Shown here: piece after piece, positions 8,581-11,772 of the stretch
Position numbering within the stretch: position 1 is the first letter of the stretch
Layout of the letters: each line of letters opens with the position of its first letter
NCBI RefSeq assembly: GCF_006345805.1
Contig: NW_021826907.1
Span: forward strand, 1-11,772
DNA from: Octopus sinensis
Taxonomy: Eukaryota
DNA length: 11,772 nt
Reading direction: 5' to 3'
Translations under genes and position numbers: made by a program
The notes under the pieces: model-generated
What the model was told of the DNA's origin: nothing
Databases searched by the model: none
Seen by the model: only the letters and a program-made list of their open reading frames with translations

Positions 8581-8796
8581 ATATGTTTGTGTGTTTGTGT
8601 TTGTCCCCCCAACATCGCTTGACAACCGATGCTTGTGTGTGTACTTCCCCGTAACTTAGCCGTTCGGCAAAAGGAACCGATAGAATAAGTACTAGGCCTC
8701 CAAAGACTAAGTCCTGGGGTCGATTTGCTCGACTAAAGGCGGTGCTCCAGCATGGCCACAGTCAAATGACTGAAACAAGTATAAGAGAGAAAAAAA
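8335..8796 (+). mobile_element. tRNA-derived SINE, family D, with internal (TA)n(TG)n
   Basis: GTGGCTGTGTGGTAAG (A box-like), GGTTCAGTCCC (B box-like), CORE-like CCTTGGGCAAGTGTCTT, an internal microsatellite at about 8487-8582, and a 3' part ending GCATGGCCACAGTCAAATGACTGAAACAAG plus an A-rich tail. Confidence 0.82.
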
Positions 8797-9387
8797 GTCA
8801 AGCTCATCATCTGTCCGTGAAATGTTCCTCGTCGTGTTTCTTGCCCTTCGTTTATATTTCATTTTCCAGAATGTTCATATACAACTTAGTAAATTATTTC
8901 TTCTGCCTACTCAGATAAAAAGAATTACTTTTATGTATATTTACACCTCAAAATACCACTTGTCAACAAATTTTAAACACAAATCCATAACATTTATTGC
9001 GCCATGATTAATTTTTTAATAGTTTCTTTGTAAACTGCATTTTATATAACACATGCCTCACTAAGTCCATAACATTTATAATAATACGATGGTTTCTATA
9101 AAAATCATTTTATATTATACACAGGTATTGACAAAATTATTTTACATTATAGGGAGGTATTGTCGAAATAGGTTTGTCAACATTTTTCAGGTGACATGAG
9201 GAAAGCAGTTCAGCGATTGAATAAATAAATTCCGCCTTGCATATTCACCTTGTGTGATATAAGTTGTAAAATGGCTGAATTAGCAAATGTTGGTGACTAA
9301 AACTAAATAACCAAATAAGCAAACCCTTGTGTCTCTTTATGTGTATATCGATATACAAGTATAGACACACACCTACATATATATGCA

Positions 9388-9421
9388 AGTATGTATATAC
9401 ATATGTATGTATGTATTTACG

Positions 9422-9455
<34 letters not shown>

Positions 9456-9502
9456 TGTATGTATGTGTGTATGTGTACGTGTGCATGTATGTATGTATGT
9501 AT
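9388..9502. repeat. (TATG)n microsatellite, partly degenerate
   Basis: Directly visible. Confidence 0.93.
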
Positions 9503-9854
9503 AGACTTCTTGTAGTAGAGTACAGATTTCATATATTATTAAAAGGAGGTAGTCAAGATTTAGATAAGTATTATTAATTGAGCGCTTTCAAATTGATATT
9601 CATTATGATTGAATACTTTAATGAAATGAAAGTGCTCAATAAATGACATTTATCAAAATCCTGACTACCATCTTCTTACAAACACACACACACACACACA
9701 CGGAGTTTAATTATTAGAGACAATTGAATTTTTCCTTTTTGGTTTTATATTTATATAATAACCGCATTTGTTATTTCATATATATACATATATATATATA
9801 TATATAAAAATGATAAATCTCAGAGTGAGTTATAAACAGTAGCGGTAACACATC

Positions 9855-10099
9855 GTGACGCATATTTGCCATTTGAATACGGCTAACCCATAAGGGTGGG
9901 TGCTACTGTAGTTTGTAGCCCCAGGAAGATATCTCCTCCAGCTGGCTATAGACACACTATCTGTGTCCGCTCAGTATTTGTGAGAGGACACAGATAGTGT
10001 GTCTATAGCCAGCTGGAGGAGATATCTTCCTGGGGCTACAAACTACAGTAGCATCCACCCTTATGGGTTAGCCATATTCAAATGGCAAATAGTGGTCAC
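9855..10099. repeat. Long near-perfect inverted repeat (foldback hairpin)
   Basis: 9863-9968 pairs with 9986-10091 (106 bp, 2 mismatches, no indels). After a G/A mismatch, CTCA/TGAG closes a 7-nt loop GTATTTG (9974-9980). An outer GTGAC/GTCAC pair (9855-9859/10095-10099) is in the same register. Confidence 0.97.
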
Positions 10100-10134
10100 T
10101 ATAATATATAATATTATATATATATATATATAAT

Positions 10135-10465
10135 TATAAGGAGCACTCCGTCGGTTACAACGACGAGGGTCCCAGCTGATCCGATCAACGGAACAGCCTG
10201 CTCGTGAAATTAACGTGCAAGTGGCTGCACACTCCACAGACACGTGTACTCTTAACGTAGTTCTCGGGGAGATTCAGCGTGACACAGAGAGTGACCAAGC
10301 TGGCTCTTTTGAAATGCAGGTACAACACATTTTTGCCAGCTGAGTGGACTGGAGCAACGGGAAATAAAGTGTCTTGCTCAAGGACACAATGCATCGCCGG
10401 GAATTGAACTCACCACCTTACAATCGCGAGCCGAATGCCCTAACCACTTAGCCACGCGCCTTCAC
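10135..10465 (-). mobile_element. SINE family A, copy 3, inserted in (TA)n
   Basis: Same sequence as 437-749 and 4431-4760. Flanking repeat TTATATATATATATATATAAT at 10114-10134 and 10468-10488. Confidence 0.93.
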
Positions 10466-10488
10466 TTTTATATATATATATATATAAT

Positions 10489-10756
10489 GTAGGACTTAGT
10501 GTTTTGCTTCTTCCATGGGTATGAGTAAGTATCTCATTTATTTCTTTGGCACATTTATCACTGACGAAGGGAGGGTTCTCACGAACTAACCCTGAAATCG
10601 GTCAGATATGGTAATAATGGAATTAAAAAAAAATTTCTGTCGCCTTTTTTTCAAGTAGCGTGCGTATTTTGAAAAATTATATGGTAATGGACAATATGTC
10701 CAATTTTGGCATATTTGGCATCAGAAATTTTTTCGTTTGCCCTTATTCATAAGTTG
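10489..10756 (+). mobile_element. Candidate Penelope-like element pseudo-LTR or small hammerhead-bearing retroelement
   Basis: AT-rich cassette of about 270 bp bounded by (TA)n on both sides, containing a minimal type I hammerhead motif followed by an A-rich stretch. This layout is known for Penelope pLTRs. No ORF. Confidence 0.55.
10556..10608 (+). ncRNA. Minimal type I hammerhead ribozyme motif
   Basis: TATC-A-CTGACGA-[AGGG ag GGTTC tcac GAACT aa CCCT]-GAAA-TCGG-TC^A-GATA. Core CUGANGA is at 10561-10567, GAAA at 10594-10597 and the GUC triplet at 10601-10603. Stem I is short (TATC/GATA) with an A/A mismatch next to the core. Confidence 0.68.
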
Positions 10757-10797
<41 letters not shown>

Positions 10798-10830
10798 ATA
10801 CATACACCCGTATGTATGTGTGTATGTATG
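10757..10830. repeat. (TA)n(TG)n microsatellite with degenerate TATG extension
   Basis: Directly visible. Confidence 0.92.
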
Positions 10831-11772
10831 AGTGCATATGGAGCCGCAGGCCAGATTTCTGCAGCGCCATAACTGAAATGTTGCGTAAGGAGGCATATTT
10901 TGTTTGAGATTGTTATAGGCGGTGTAACTCTTTCTTAAATTTCCCTTTTTTTTTGTTTTTTGAGTTCCTGGCAAAACATTCAAGACTATTCTAGGTCTCC
11001 TCAGGCACTTCAGTATACGCTGGGAAAATCGATTAATTAGAAAAATGAAATTAGAAAAGCCAAGAGGTTGCAGCCTTTAACTTTAACTTTAACAGATAGA
11101 TCCTCAATGTTATATTGAGTGTCTCTACTAATAATATCAATGTAGTTGAAAGGTCTTCGTCCTTCATTAGTGAGCGGGAGTTTCCAAATTATAACGCCTG
11201 ATATGACATGCTGTTCAGGACGACAGTGGCAACCAGCCAAGCTTTCTGTTAGTTGCTCAATAAGAGTCGCGATGCGTGAAATGTACCCATAAATACCCTT
11301 TGTTCTTGTGTTCTTGGGTTAAGTGTACTGATTCCTCATGAGAAACCCAGTGTAAGTATAATTAAGGCGACCTATCCATTGTAGACGCATGAAAATTAAA
11401 AGTAGGATTTTAAAATGATAAAGAAAAAACGAGATCTTTCTAGAAATTATAAGTGAAAAATAAGATTTTAATTTTCGGTTTTGTAGTTGTTTAATTTTAA
11501 TTAATTCTTCTGCATTATCTTGTGAATAATTTGAATGGAACAATCCTGAGTCAACGTTTCTAGATCACCTGAAGACTGTCAACGTTTTTGGGGTCATTTA
11601 CATAAAATATACTGACTTCAGATGGTTATATAAAACCTAGTACACTCACGCACATCCGCGCGTGTATACACACACACACATATGTTAGAAGATTGAATCA
11701 AGACAATTCAGGTTATAGGAGTGTACAGATATTTCATTAAAACAGAAAACAGCTGTGGATTGTAAAGTAACT

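Noticed and set aside
9128-9157. Bacterial promoter/RBS look-alike (TTGACA ... AGGGAGG)
   Set aside because: No correctly spaced -10 box or downstream ORF, and the context is eukaryotic AT-rich DNA.
11037-11240. 67-aa minus-strand ORF in non-repetitive sequence
   Set aside because: TTG start, no recognisable domain and no convincing splice sites.
11460-11630. Decayed Penelope end or hammerhead near the GTCAACGTTT direct repeat (11550-11559, 11578-11587)
   Set aside because: CTGAAG and AAACGTTG pieces occur but not in a valid order with paired stems, and peptide similarity needs several frameshifts in AT-rich sequence.

Overview
Repeat-saturated, non-genic (intergenic or intronic) metazoan DNA. 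The SINE types and extreme microsatellite density suggest a coleoid cephalopod, probably Octopus (inference). No convincing host protein-coding gene is present, and most listed ORFs are translations of microsatellites or SINEs. The window holds nine tRNA-derived SINE copies in about four modular families, several with clear target-site duplications. It also holds decayed non-LTR retrotransposon pieces from three clades: R4/Dong-like (three fragments around (TAA)n tracts), RTE (nested in a hAT-like MITE) and CRE-like. The most unusual items are a Penelope-type minimal hammerhead ribozyme motif (10556-10608) in a TA-flanked cassette, a nearby near-perfect foldback hairpin of about 245 bp (9855-10099), a (TAA)n-punctuated stack of insertions containing an unexplained 528-bp non-coding module, and a tail-to-tail SINE pair sharing one triplicated target site.
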